Below, piece by piece: positions 1-9,997 of a DNA stretch of 64,000 bases. Below the pieces are notes generated by a model. The model was not told the DNA's origin and ran no database searches. It worked only from the letters and a program-made list of their open reading frames with translations. The position numbers were made by a program, and so were the translations under genes. Origin of the DNA: Histomonas meleagridis 2922-C6/04-290x (lineage: Eukaryota > Protista > Parabasalia); contig JAANOX010000098.1 of assembly GCA_020184695.1 (NCBI GenBank), positions 124,001 to 188,000 on the forward strand, in the 5' to 3' direction. The first letter of the stretch is position 1, and every line of letters starts with the position of its first letter.

Positions 1-757
1 CTTCAATTGCATTTGTTTTTAAGCCGCGTTCCCCAAAGTGATTTAACCCGAGGATACTTCCGGCTTTCGAAACGCCAATCACTAAGAGCGACTGCACAAC
101 GGAAATTTCGATTGGCGTCGGATCCAAAAACAAAGAATTTGGCGCAACCGCAAATGACAGAACGTACGGTAACTTTTCAGGATCAATCAACTTCAGCTCT
201 TCTTTGTTTTCGTCGATGTCGAAGTGAAGTTCAGAGATTGTTTCTCCTGGTGTCACAATTAATTGTGGAAATGTAAGTCTTGAAAGTGATTCACGAATTC
301 CAATCATTGCTGCTTCATAAACAGCACCAGCAGCTTTGTATATAAGAACATCAATAAATATCTTCCATGAGTATGGAGAATTTACAATAACAAATTGTGA
401 GGGATCAAGAGCACCACTATTTTTTAAAAATTGCTCAAGAGTAGAATTGACAACTTGGCATATTTCTGTTGGATCAAAATCTATTCCAAAGGATCCCGAT
501 AATGCTTTAACTGAAATTTGTGGTAAACTTTGTTCTTCTTTCATAATTTCTGTGCTCACTGAAACCATTACTTCGGTCGTATCGCCGTATCCATAACCCC
601 ATGTAACTCGGCATGATGATGGAGATAATGGAAGAGGATTAATTTCAACTTTAAATTGACGGCTAACTAATGGAGCTCTCCCATCAAGGCGAATATCATG
701 GGCAAGTAAGCTTTGATGAAAAGCTTTCTCATCTTTTGATATGACCACTGTCTGCAT
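1..757 (-). CDS. RRP42: Exosome complex RNase PH-like subunit RRP42/EXOSC7 (3' end runs off the window; not in the ORF track)
   Basis: Manual translation from ATG at 757: MQTVVISKDEKAFHQSLLAHDIRLDGRAPLVSRQF...WKIFIDVLIYKAAGAVYEAAMIGIRESL...FLDPTPIE. It has the RxDGR N-terminal motif and RNase PH layout, and is open to base 1. TCAT lies just upstream of the ATG. Confidence 0.85.
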   Translation of the reverse strand, partial: MQTVVISKDEKAFHQSLLAHDIRLDGRAPLVSRQFKVEINPLPLSPSSCRVTWGYGYGDTTEVMVSVSTEIMKEEQSLPQISVKALSGSFGIDFDPTEICQVVNSTLEQFLKNSGALDPSQFVIVNSPYSWKIFIDVLIYKAAGAVYEAAMIGIRESLSRLTFPQLIVTPGETISELHFDIDENKEELKLIDPEKLPYVLSFAVAPNSLFLDPTPIEISVVQSLLVIGVSKAGSILGLNHFGERGLKTNAIE

Positions 758-827
758 TTATGAACTAAGTGTATACGACCGTTTATACCGAATTCAAAAA
801 GTCGACGGGAGACGTTTATTCTCCCAA
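758..827. promoter_or_regulatory. 70-bp bidirectional promoter (RRP42 / phosphatase-like gene)
   Basis: Divergent ATGs at 757(-) and 828(+). TCAT Inr-like element next to the RRP42 ATG. CGACCGTTTATA (776-787) is the exact reverse complement of TATAAACGGTCG at 7307-7318. Confidence 0.55.
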
Positions 828-2177
828 ATGTTGCTGAGAAACGAAGTCTCCATTTCAGATTTATGGAGCATCAACGAAGATCAACTTACAAACACCATAA
901 CTTCTCAACAATATATCGAAGGAGGATTCCAATTTTCTTTTATTTTAAAAATTGCTGATACTTTAAGAAAAAATATAAGCATTCAAATCGATTTATGCTC
1001 ATTCACAAATGATAGGGTTGGTATTGTTTCTACCTTTGTTATTGAACATCCAAAAGGTCCATTATTTTCAAAAGTTGTATATCTTTCAGGTTTTTGTACA
1101 AAAAAGAAAAAATCAATTTTTGTCAAGACTGATTTATCATTAACAGAGCTTATTAAGGATGGCTTTATTTCACCAGATACTCATAATCTCAATATCCATA
1201 TTAATCTTAAATCTGTTAAACAAGTTTTACCTAACATTGGACACTTTTCCACAATTCCTAACATGCGTGAAATTACAGCCGCACTTCTTTCAGATCATAA
1301 GATTTCTTCAACATGTACTTTATCAATCAATGATATCAATTGGATCTGTGCTGCTTCGTCCAACATCATGCTCAAGCAGCCAACTCTCCTTGATTTAGAT
1401 GTTCCACTTGTTATTGTTGGTGATATTGTTGGTCAATATTGTGATCTAATCAGAATTTTTAAACAATTTGGGTTTCCTGGTATTGGCAACTATCTCTTTC
1501 TTGGTAATTATAGTGGCTCAGGGTCAGATGGTGTTGATACTTTACTTCTTCTTTTAGCTTTCAAGATCTTATATCCAAACAATATTTTTCTTCTTCGAGG
1601 TGATCATGAATCCGAAGGTGAAACACATGTTAAAAGCTTTTATGAGGAATGCGCACGTAAAAAGGTTCCATACACATCATTCACCTCTGTATTCAATTCG
1701 ATGCCGATAGCGGCGGTTATTGGCAAAAAGATATTTTGTGTTCACGCGGGAATATCGCCAACATTACAATCTATAGACGATGTTCATATGTGGGGGCGTC
1801 CAGCTCCGATACCTCCATGTGGCATTATTCACGACTTTTTGTTTTCTAATGAAAATGCAAATGTCCCATATTATTCACTTGACCTTCGAGATAACACATT
1901 GGTCTTTGGGCCAAAGGCATTACAAGACTTTATTGATAGTTTTGGATATGAATTGGTCGTCAAAGGTAACCAATGTGTAAATGAAGGATTTTCATTTCCA
2001 TTCGGAAAACAATTGTTGATTTCACTTTATTCTGCGTCGGGAATCTTCGGAGGTAATAGCGGTGCTGTAATGATCGTCGGACAGGAAATGGAATACTCAT
2101 TCTTTACGTATAAGCCATTGACGAACGAAGAAACTCAAAACTTCTTCCACACTGATTACACAGCGGAGATATTATGA
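828..2177 (+). CDS. MATH/TRAF-like domain fused to a PPP-family (PP1-like) Ser/Thr phosphatase domain with degenerate active site
   Basis: ORF 741..2177. ATG 828 is preferred because 741 overlaps the RRP42 start. PPP motifs are recognisable but altered: GDIVGQ, GNYSGSG, LRGDHE, CVHAGI, KGNQCV. The N-terminal ~130 aa has a MATH-like pattern ending GFISPDTHNLNIHINLK. Confidence 0.8.
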   Translation: MLLRNEVSISDLWSINEDQLTNTITSQQYIEGGFQFSFILKIADTLRKNISIQIDLCSFTNDRVGIVSTFVIEHPKGPLFSKVVYLSGFCTKKKKSIFVKTDLSLTELIKDGFISPDTHNLNIHINLKSVKQVLPNIGHFSTIPNMREITAALLSDHKISSTCTLSINDINWICAASSNIMLKQPTLLDLDVPLVIVGDIVGQYCDLIRIFKQFGFPGIGNYLFLGNYSGSGSDGVDTLLLLLAFKILYPNNIFLLRGDHESEGETHVKSFYEECARKKVPYTSFTSVFNSMPIAAVIGKKIFCVHAGISPTLQSIDDVHMWGRPAPIPPCGIIHDFLFSNENANVPYYSLDLRDNTLVFGPKALQDFIDSFGYELVVKGNQCVNEGFSFPFGKQLLISLYSASGIFGGNSGAVMIVGQEMEYSFFTYKPLTNEETQNFFHTDYTAEIL

Positions 2178-3120
2178 GTGAAAATAAATTTTATTTTATT
2201 TTTATGTGTTAAACATTTAAAACAAAGGAAATTTATGTTATGTGTTTTGTGAATTTAATTCCAAATATTTAAGCAAAAATTTATATAAATAATTTTAGGA
2301 ATTTCTTATTAAACAAGTTTAATGAATGTAAAAATGCTATCTTAAAGCTGTCTACTAATCTACGAATTATATAAACTTTTCCATATAAATCGGTGAATTG
2401 AAAATGTTTTCTGATCTTATCAAAATTGAGAAGGATGTGATCACATTTTTCAGGTTATGGTAAATACAACAAACGGTTGCATCAACAATTATCAGTGCGG
2501 AATTTTCATGTATTCATGAATTTATAAGCAAATTGAATTGTCTGTCTTTGTACAAATTATTGATGTCATTATCTGTTATTGTATTCTTTTATGTTGCTTT
2601 ATTGCACAATGCACTTCGAAATGAAATTTCAAAAATTGATTAGCCAATTGTGATGCAATTTTGGGATTATATGTTAAGCTATGCATAAGATATTCTTAGC
2701 ATCAAAAAATATATAAATAAACCGGTATAACCGACACTACATATGAAATTTTGATTTCTGTTGCAACAATAATGAAGATATTAATTAATATTATTTATTA
2801 TGATTTTATTAGCAGGTTTATTTGGCCCAATTATAGAAGTTTATGTGTGAATCATAATATGTGTATGCAACTTGCTTGAGTTCTGACAGAACAAGTTTTG
2901 AATGAAAAACTCAGTGAGATCATAACTTTATAAACGGAATCCCTTGAATTTTAATAATGTTGAATATCATATTTCTAATGATTTTAATCGTTTTATTTGG
3001 TTCTGCCTATTCAACATTTTTATCGGTAAAAAATTTCAATGTCAGAACTGTCACTTTGCATTGAATAAGTGTTTTACTTCACAAAAGCCGCTATGTGAAA
3101 GGTCAGTTCAGATCATTTTA

Positions 3121-5922
3121 ATGATTTTCATATTCCCTTATCTTTCCTTATCTTTTATCGAAATACTTGTTAATAAAAACATTCGTGTCACAGGTAAAAA
3201 CATACAACATGCATATGAAAATGCAATTACTGTAAACAAATCAACAGATTTTTCAGATATTGTCGTTCTTAATGGTGAACTCACGTATGTATTCAATTTC
3301 ACTGTTTGGGATAAAATTCGTAGCTTTTCAATTTCGAGTAATGTTATTACATGTTATTATGATTTAGACATGATTTTTACATTTTGTTTGAGAAATGTTG
3401 AAAACATTTCCATAAGCATTCCACTAGAAACAGGTTTTTGTTTTAAATATTGTAGCAAATTGAAGCATATTTATTTCGCTAATGTTACTAGTTTTAAATC
3501 AGAAGCATTTGCAAAATGTCAATATTTGGTTACAGCTGAAGCACCAACTCTAAATTGCATTGATGATAATGCATTTCAAGAGTGTACAAGCCTCGAATTT
3601 GTATCATTTCCTCATGTTATAAAAATATCCAATTATGCTTTTCAATTCTGCTTGCTCCTAAAACGTGTTGATCTTCCACAACTCAAACATTGTGGATCAC
3701 ATGCTTTTAGTAATAGTGGACTTTCATCAATAAGTTTACCATCATTAGAAACTGTTTCATCGAATATGTTCTATATGTGTAAGTCTTTAAAAACTGCGGA
3801 TTTACCAAATGTAACATCGATTGGAATTGATGCATTTCGCGAATGTTCATCACTTGTAACTTTAAACATTTCCAAAGTCATAAATATTTCTGAAGGTGCA
3901 TTTAATGGTGACTCAAACTTAGAAACTCTTCATTTACCATTACTTAAAAACATAGATGGTCCATTTATTGAAGGATGCAGCGCATTAATTGTCATTTATA
4001 TGCCAAATATAAGTTATATACCTGATTCATTATTTCGTGGTCGGACAATAACTGAAGCAACAGTTGTGACAAACGCAGAATACATTGGAAAGCATGCATT
4101 TGAACAATGTGACATTCTGGATGATCTTTTCTATGAAAACATCAAAATAATTGACGATTATGCATTTTCAAATGCTTATTTTAATTTTGAAACTGTAACT
4201 TTTAAAAATTGTGAGTATATAGGAAACTATGCATTTAATGGAACAAATTTAAAATCTATAAATTTACTTAATCTTAAATCATGTGGTAATTTTGCATTAA
4301 GTTACATGAAAGTTAGTAAATTATATTTACCTAATCTTGAAACATGTGATGATTATTCATTTTCATTTAATGGGAAATTAATTAATATAACTTTACCAAA
4401 ACTTATAAGCATTGGCATTTCACCATTTGAAGGATGTTTTAATTTAAATACAATAAATTTACCGAATTTGATGAATGCATCTGATTATTTTATGTCTAAT
4501 ATAAATATGACTCATTTTGATTTTGAAAGTTTGAAATATATTGGATCAAATGCATTTACAAATGCTTTTGATATTGTTGAAACTATTAATTTCCCAAATG
4601 TTCTAAAAATAGAAAATTATTTTATGAGAAATTGTTATAAAGTTAAACATGTTGAATTACCAAATCTTCAAATTATTGGTTCATATGCTTTTTATAATTG
4701 CACTAATTTAATTAATATATCATTACCCAAACTTATTTCTTATAATTCATATTTGTTTTATCAATGTGATTCACTTAAAAAAATTTATATACCGCAACTT
4801 AATAAAATAGGAAATTATTTTGTATGTAATTGCAATAGTTTAGAATATGTTAATATTACAAATGTTAAAACAATTGAAAACTTATCATTTATGAATTGTA
4901 GTTCATTAAAAGAACTTAATTTAGATTCTGTTATTACAGTTAATAATGGGCCAATAATAAAAGAATGTAATTCATTAGAAATAATTTATATGAATTCTCT
5001 TGAAATTTCTCCATCACATTTGTTTTCTGGTGTCAAAAGTGTTGAATATATTTCACTTAGATCATTACAAACATCAAGAAGTTATCTATTTTCATATTGT
5101 CAAAACCTTAAAACAATAAATTTACCAAATTATAAATCAACAGATTCTGTTGATTCGGGATATGAATTCTCGCATTGTTATTCACTTGAAACTTTAAATT
5201 TACCATTAATTACACAAATATATGGAACAAATACATTTGAACATTGTATATCATTAAAATTTGTTAATTTATCAAATTTAAGGGCAATTGGAACTTATGC
5301 ATTTTTGAATTGTACCAAATTAAATAATATTACACTAAATAAATTAAGTATAATTCCATCATTTTGTTTTAAAGATTGCATTTCATTAAAAAGTGTTTCG
5401 TTTGAAAACGCACTTGTACTTGATGGCGATGGCCAATTTTGTGGTTGCATTAGTTTACAAATTGTTTATTTACCAAAATTAGAAACAATTAATCAAAATT
5501 CGACAAAAATATTCCAAAACTGTTCAAGTTTATATATTTTTTATTTCCCTTCTAAACAGCCAATGACTTTTAATGATAATATATTTGCAGATGCAAATTT
5601 AGATAATATAACTCTTTGCTTACCGAATTCATATTCATATTCAAATTATGAGAGCGATGGTGAAAATAATAATTATTGGAAAGGTATAAATTTTGGAGTT
5701 TATGAAGATTTATCAAATAAATGTGGGAAATATTTCAAATTTTATGGTAAAATCCACGATTACAATATGATCTCTTCATGTGTTGGTGGTACCATTTTTG
5801 TAATAATAATAACCGCTGTAATTGTAACTTTCTGTTATTTATATAAAAAAAATAAAAAGGAAAAAGAAACTTTAGAAAACACTCCTCACTTAAGTATCTC
5901 AATTATTGATAGCGTTGTTTAA
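3121..5922 (+). CDS. bspA: BspA-like leucine-rich repeat (TpLRR/LRR_5) surface protein with signal peptide and C-terminal TM helix
   Basis: Many repeats of the type LxxIxLPxLxxIGxxAFxxCxxL. N-terminus MIFIFPYLSLS is preceded by TCATTTT. TM GGTIFVIIITAVIVTFCYLY is followed by a basic tail. The ORF-track start at 2944 is a non-ATG upstream extension. Confidence 0.9.
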   Translation: MIFIFPYLSLSFIEILVNKNIRVTGKNIQHAYENAITVNKSTDFSDIVVLNGELTYVFNFTVWDKIRSFSISSNVITCYYDLDMIFTFCLRNVENISISIPLETGFCFKYCSKLKHIYFANVTSFKSEAFAKCQYLVTAEAPTLNCIDDNAFQECTSLEFVSFPHVIKISNYAFQFCLLLKRVDLPQLKHCGSHAFSNSGLSSISLPSLETVSSNMFYMCKSLKTADLPNVTSIGIDAFRECSSLVTLNISKVINISEGAFNGDSNLETLHLPLLKNIDGPFIEGCSALIVIYMPNISYIPDSLFRGRTITEATVVTNAEYIGKHAFEQCDILDDLFYENIKIIDDYAFSNAYFNFETVTFKNCEYIGNYAFNGTNLKSINLLNLKSCGNFALSYMKVSKLYLPNLETCDDYSFSFNGKLINITLPKLISIGISPFEGCFNLNTINLPNLMNASDYFMSNINMTHFDFESLKYIGSNAFTNAFDIVETINFPNVLKIENYFMRNCYKVKHVELPNLQIIGSYAFYNCTNLINISLPKLISYNSYLFYQCDSLKKIYIPQLNKIGNYFVCNCNSLEYVNITNVKTIENLSFMNCSSLKELNLDSVITVNNGPIIKECNSLEIIYMNSLEISPSHLFSGVKSVEYISLRSLQTSRSYLFSYCQNLKTINLPNYKSTDSVDSGYEFSHCYSLETLNLPLITQIYGTNTFEHCISLKFVNLSNLRAIGTYAFLNCTKLNNITLNKLSIIPSFCFKDCISLKSVSFENALVLDGDGQFCGCISLQIVYLPKLETINQNSTKIFQNCSSLYIFYFPSKQPMTFNDNIFADANLDNITLCLPNSYSYSNYESDGENNNYWKGINFGVYEDLSNKCGKYFKFYGKIHDYNMISSCVGGTIFVIIITAVIVTFCYLYKKNKKEKETLENTPHLSISIIDSVV

Positions 5923-6748
5923 ATACTGCGTTACAACTAACGGTAATAATATCAATAAATATATTTATTGTTTTTGAACATCGTCCTGATAATTTGGAAG
6001 TTAATAAAACTTTCGAAGTGATGATGATATTTTTCTGGGGAAAACAACTTCATTTGAATTTGCATACGTAAGAAAATTTTTGCCACAACTTTATTACATT
6101 TTGTCACAAAGATGTAATCGATTTATTTTTATATTTCTATATCTTTGCAGACACACTAGGGAGCAGTGTAAGTGAATATTTTTCCACCATAATTTACAAT
6201 GTAACACATCCATGATCCAAAAGATCTCTCCAAGGCTGATTACTTGGTCAACAATATGCAGTCTATAAAGAATGGAATGCGATCGAAGAGCAAAGTTGCA
6301 AACCCCAAATGTCGAGGCTTGCGTCGTATGTAGTATAGTATATACAAGTAAAAGTTCGAACTTCCACTTTATAATGCTTTGTTTTTACATGAACAATATT
6401 TACATAATGAGAATATTCTATGCATTGTTGATATTCTTCTACCCAACCAATCAAACTTACAGTGAGTAATATTGATCAAACACAATGTTACCAGACTTTA
6501 CATTATGGGACATAATATTGTGAGAATTTTCGGATCCTTGACATTGGAAAACTTTATAAATGTATGTTGATATTTATCCTGAGATAACATAGAACTGTGC
6601 AAATTGGAACATACTTTTACCAATCAATAAATCATCAATAATTCATTATGGAGAAAAAAATGAAAATTATTTCAAAAAAAATTATTTTACTACTAAAAAT
6701 AATTACAGAACTTTTTTATTTTGAATTTAATACACAGAAAACAAACTT

Positions 6749-7285
6749 TTAAAATGCAATTTGGAAATTCGAAGTTCGGCCAAGAATTAAACTGACATTA
6801 AGATGAACAGTACCGACACTTTCTGACTTAATACGATATCTCTCTTTTGGTGCATGAACAATAGTTGTATCTTGAAGATGAGGAGATCCTCCAATGTATC
6901 TTGTTGTTAGTTCTTCAATGTAAGAACCTGTTGGCCTCCATAAGTGCACATCTATATCATGATTTCCTGGTGACATTGGTAGATCACAAAATCCATATCC
7001 TCCAAGATATGAACGCCCAAGTGAATCATGTTGCCAAACTTGAAAACTTAATTTAGGCCATCCCTGAATTCCGGCAAACTCGAACTGTGCATCAATTGGA
7101 TGACTCCATACATTTACATCTGAAAAATCATTTGAACAATCTGTCTGTGTTTGACCTCTATCTAAACCATTTACTAATTTCCATTGCTGCCCTGCTGATA
7201 TCCACCACCTGCAAAATGCGCCTTCCTTAAAACCTGAAGCACCTAGGATTCTCCCAATAAAGTAAGCATCTGCGGTTTGAGACAT
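6749..7285 (-). CDS. B9D2: B9 domain-containing protein 2 (ciliary transition zone, MKS module)
   Basis: GRILGASGF, GQTQTD, WSHPID, GWPKL, QVWQHDSLGR, GYGFCDLPMSPG, WRPTGS and GGSPHL match the B9D2 family pattern. Confidence 0.92.
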   Translation of the reverse strand: MSQTADAYFIGRILGASGFKEGAFCRWWISAGQQWKLVNGLDRGQTQTDCSNDFSDVNVWSHPIDAQFEFAGIQGWPKLSFQVWQHDSLGRSYLGGYGFCDLPMSPGNHDIDVHLWRPTGSYIEELTTRYIGGSPHLQDTTIVHAPKERYRIKSESVGTVHLNVSLILGRTSNFQIAF

Positions 7286-7363
7286 CTGAATTTTTTTAAC
7301 GGATTTTATAAACGGTCGCGTTGAATTATCACAATTTTTTGTAAAACATTGAAAAACTACTTA

Positions 7364-7867
7364 ATGAAAAAAAGCGGGATTCCAATTCCAAAGAAATCAA
7401 ATGAAGGAACTGCTATGAAAAGCAAGAAAGGTGGGAGCACCAAACAAAATGAGTTGGACAATTATGATTCTAAAATATCTGACGACAAAAAGGTATTGAA
7501 AATCCAAAGATCTTATTCAACAAATGTTAGTTACGATATTCATGAATTCCCAGATCGTGAAAGAGAAATCTCTTTTTCACAAACAAATTCTATTTCAGAT
7601 TTTGGAAGTGTAACATCATTTCATACTTCGCAATCCAATTCTGTGTCAACTGAATCGTCAGGAAATGACGAAGCTCAAGAAGAAGAAGATTTTGGAGAAC
7701 AAACCAAAAACAAATATTTATCCAAAAATAAAAGAGAAAAAACTCCAAGTGTTCAATCAGGTGAAACACATGCCGAATCAAAGCCAAGTGGGAAAAAGAA
7801 GAATTATCGTCCCGTTCCATCTTATTTAAGTCAAGTATTAGATTTCAAGAAGGAACACAATATTTAA
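7364..7867 (+). CDS. Hypothetical low-complexity S/K/E-rich protein
   Basis: Open frame of 167 codons from ATG 7364, divergent from B9D2 across 78 bp. No recognisable domain. Confidence 0.6.
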   Translation: MKKSGIPIPKKSNEGTAMKSKKGGSTKQNELDNYDSKISDDKKVLKIQRSYSTNVSYDIHEFPDREREISFSQTNSISDFGSVTSFHTSQSNSVSTESSGNDEAQEEEDFGEQTKNKYLSKNKREKTPSVQSGETHAESKPSGKKKNYRPVPSYLSQVLDFKKEHNI

Positions 7868-8332
7868 GTTTGTTTGTAAGCTCCCACCATTCAGTGTCCA
7901 CAAATTTTGTTTTTACATTTTTTTTGATGTTATTATGAACATAAATTTTCTTTTTCAGTTTGGACAAATTCGTATTTCAAAATTTCATTGGTTCTTTAAA
8001 TGGCGAAAAGTTAATGTTTGTTACGGTAATCCGCTTTTTTTATTATATCATTTCGTCTTCGATAAATTTTGATCAAAGATTTTCCAACCCACTTTTTGAA
8101 TGACGCTGTTTGTGAACTTTACATTACCGGTCGTGGCCACTTAACTGTAAACGGCCGCCAGCTCATGAGCACCCAAACTTCAAAAATCAAATTGGAGAGA
8201 TTAAATAAGGAAATTTCGATAGAATTAGCCAACCGAAAGATTTTTTTCGAAAATTATGAATGTGATTGACCAATATTAAGGAAAAGAATAATATTATGAG
8301 TTAATAAATTTAAATTTACAAAACAAAAAACG

Positions 8333-8881
8333 TCAATTATGTTCGTGAATTTCTTTTTCATTCCAACAAACAGGTAAAGCTTGATCTGATGGAGAATTTG
8401 TATAAGAAAAATCTACTATTGTGTTAGAAAAAACCTTTGGAAAGTCATCTGTCGATTTGTTAACTGCGGTGCACATTTTTCGGAAAATTCTAGGTTTTCT
8501 TTCTATAGTCATAAATTTGAGATCCCGAAGGCGGCTTGCCTCTGGACGTGTTTTAGAATTCATTGATAATGAAATCCTGTCAGCAATATCATCTGAATCT
8601 CTTGAAGCGTGAATCCAATTGCTATTTGATAAGTCAAATCCGCAATTATCTGGAACTGCAACGATTATATCATGGTTATTGATTCCGTAGAAGTTAAATG
8701 TGAATTCTTCTCCCAAATACTGTCCATTAAAGATAAATTTTTTTGGATCATTTGGAAATCGCTTTTGTAAAGTATTTATCTTTTGATTTTTCCTGATGCA
8801 TATTCGGCGTGTATATTTCTTAGGGACGCACAAGTAAATCGATAGTGAATCTTCATTGCATTCAACTTGATTTAGGGACAT
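8333..8881 (-). CDS. Ubiquitin-like-domain protein (trichomonad family); paralog of 61389..61916
   Basis: Ubl-like segment KKFIFNGQYLGEEFTFNFYGINNHDIIVAV. Highly similar to the ORF at 61389. Confidence 0.7.
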   Translation of the reverse strand: MSLNQVECNEDSLSIYLCVPKKYTRRICIRKNQKINTLQKRFPNDPKKFIFNGQYLGEEFTFNFYGINNHDIIVAVPDNCGFDLSNSNWIHASRDSDDIADRISLSMNSKTRPEASRLRDLKFMTIERKPRIFRKMCTAVNKSTDDFPKVFSNTIVDFSYTNSPSDQALPVCWNEKEIHEHN

Positions 8882-9997
8882 TCAAAAACGAAAATGGAAA
8901 ATTAAAAAAACCGTAATGATCATTCAACGTCAAATTATTCAATTTCACGTGAATTCATCTGAAAATTTTCAATACTAAGTGGTTGATGTGGAATTTCTTT
9001 AAAATCGGCCGGTCATTAAAAAACTTTTTACACCGAAAGCCTATAAAAATAACTCATGAAAATGATAATGGTTCACTATAATAGCTTATATTTATTAATA
9101 AATAAAGGCATGATATCTTAAAGGTTTTATAAGAAACCTTTATTACTGGTGTTATCCTCTTATGCTTTTAACATTCATCATTCAAAAAGTTGTGGGGACA
9201 TGTTTTGATCGCATTTAACGGAACGATATATTTCAAAAAGTTGATAATGTTTTCACACCATGTGATGGGGTTATCAAAATATAATCACTGTTTATTATTC
9301 CCAATAAAAATTTTAGAAAAAGCTTTTAAAGCTCTTCATAAAATTTAGAAATGCTATAAATTTTGGCTTTTTTAGAATTTCAATAAAACAAGATATCTAA
9401 AGTTAAACATAAATTTTATGTTCCTCATTAAAATGTATGGATGTCCTACATATTTAGTTTTATTATTGATGGGTATATTTTATGATTTAACTTTTAATTG
9501 CTAATTAGCTTTTAAAATTTTTATTAGGGAATAATATTTTGAAAGGTCTTTTTAACTCAACATAATTTTTATGTCTTGACATATACTCATATGTTAATTT
9601 AAATTGTGCTTTAGTTATACAAAAAATGATTAAAGGTTTTTTTTGAGTTGAAAATGATCGATTTTAATATTTGGCCGGCTGATTATACGTACAAAACACT
9701 ATTTTCAATAATTTATTTTGATGGGAAACTGACTTTGCAAAAAATCAATAAATGCATGAAATAAAAGCAAATAACAACAACATGAAAGTAAGCAGAGAGC
9801 TAGCACAGTCAAAAAAATATTTTTTTCATGTTTTTTAAAGAAAATTCAGCCCAAAGCCAAATCCTCAATAGAATTGGAGTTTATGATCAAACAGAATTCA
9901 ATCATAAACTTTTTCATAGAATTCAAATTTGTACGCTTTTGAAAGGGCTCATTTTGTAGCTTAGGAACGCACTTTTAACCGCAATATTTTTCAGAAC

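Noticed and set aside
741-757. Head-to-head CDS overlap of RRP42 and the phosphatase ORF
   Set aside because: It disappears if ATG 828 is used, and the MATH-like domain begins after 828.
6150-6175. CAGTGT as a possible iron-responsive element loop
   Set aside because: The flanks do not form the required 5-bp upper stem or C bulge.
6000-6650. Coding-like fragments on the minus strand between BspA and B9D2
   Set aside because: Multiple stops and no recognisable family. Possibly a decayed gene, but it cannot be supported.
8069-8269. 66-aa ORF MIKDFPTHF...
   Set aside because: TTG start, short, no recognisable motif.
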